A stretch of 63,972 nucleotides of DNA from Lama guanicoe (taxonomy: Eukaryota), in contig MU055263.1 of the NCBI GenBank assembly GCA_013239625.1, positions 5,799,914-5,863,885 on the forward strand. Reading direction: 5' to 3'. Positions 63,408 through 63,972 of the stretch are shown here, piece after piece. Position 1 is the first letter of the stretch. Every line of letters starts with the position of its first letter. The notes below the pieces were generated by a model. It was given only the letters and a program-made list of their open reading frames with translations. It searched no databases and was not told the origin of the DNA. A program made the position numbers and the translations under genes.

Positions 63408-63972
63408 GTAATCTGTCTTAGTGTTTACCATGTGCCCCCTGCCCTTGAAGAATGAAGCCTAGAAGTGCTGTTACTGGTCCCATGGCTCGTCTCTCGCTCA
63501 GGGACAAAGTAGTCCCTGTCCTCATGAGGGGTAGAGTCTCAAAGGATTACATTTCTTTCTTTCAGGCAGTTTATCTGGAGCTCTCTCTGATCTTCGATGC
63601 AAAGCCAGTGTAGATATCCTCTTGAAATAAATTCTTCTGTGGATTCCAAGCCTGTCCAGAACACCCAAAAGGCGTTCTTTAGCTGGCTTCTTTTTCTGTG
63701 AACACACTCCTATGCCTGGGAACCAAAATGTCTCTTTTCGGATCCACATCCCAGGCCCCTTTGAGCTTAGGTTGCTCCTTGTTGTATCTGTCGTTGAAGA
63801 CAGGTAGAATCACTGAACGTGGCAGCTGTAAGGAACCAGAGATTAGGTAATGCAACTCCAACAGCTCAGTTGAAGTACCCAAAAGGAGGTTAAGGACCTT
63901 TCCCGTGGTCTTCCAGAGTTTTCAGAGCTGTGAGTAAATCAAATCTGTGACTGCTGTTTTATTACATGTCCT

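Noticed and set aside
63522-63882. Minus-strand ORFs and an acceptor-like tttcag at ~63565 as the next GBP exon
   Set aside because: The translation does not resemble the expected GBP exon (…FLLQNEE…); treated as intron.
1-63972. CRISPR arrays, operons, prokaryotic defence systems, rRNA genes
   Set aside because: The sequence is mammalian, with spliced exons and interspersed repeats; no regularly spaced repeat-spacer array or dense coding region is present.

Overview
Mammalian genomic DNA, most likely a camelid (camelid-type L1 3' ends and a Vic-1-like tRNA-derived SINE; recognised from memory, not searched). Bases 1-~600 are a CpG-island promoter with a minus-strand first exon that runs off the left edge (probably LRRC8B, by GBP-cluster synteny only). 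About 55 kb of repeat-rich intergenic DNA follows (L1, L2, MIR, MaLR/ERV LTRs, hAT elements) with a few candidate regulatory motif clusters. From 56114 lies a plus-strand GBP6-like guanylate-binding protein gene: six coding exons are visible, and the 3' end is outside the window. It has a textbook U12 minor intron and two in-frame stops that destroy the DTEG (G3) motif next to an assembly gap. The most unusual signal is an RPS15 processed pseudogene inside a GBP intron. About 40 of its amino-acid-changing substitutions are A/T->G/C and none is unambiguously the reverse, the opposite of normal pseudogene decay and consistent with intense GC-biased gene conversion. Similar GC/CpG peaks overprint old repeats elsewhere in the window. 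No prokaryotic-type system, CRISPR array or structured RNA gene was found, and almost all ORF-track entries are spurious. All alignments and counts were done by eye.
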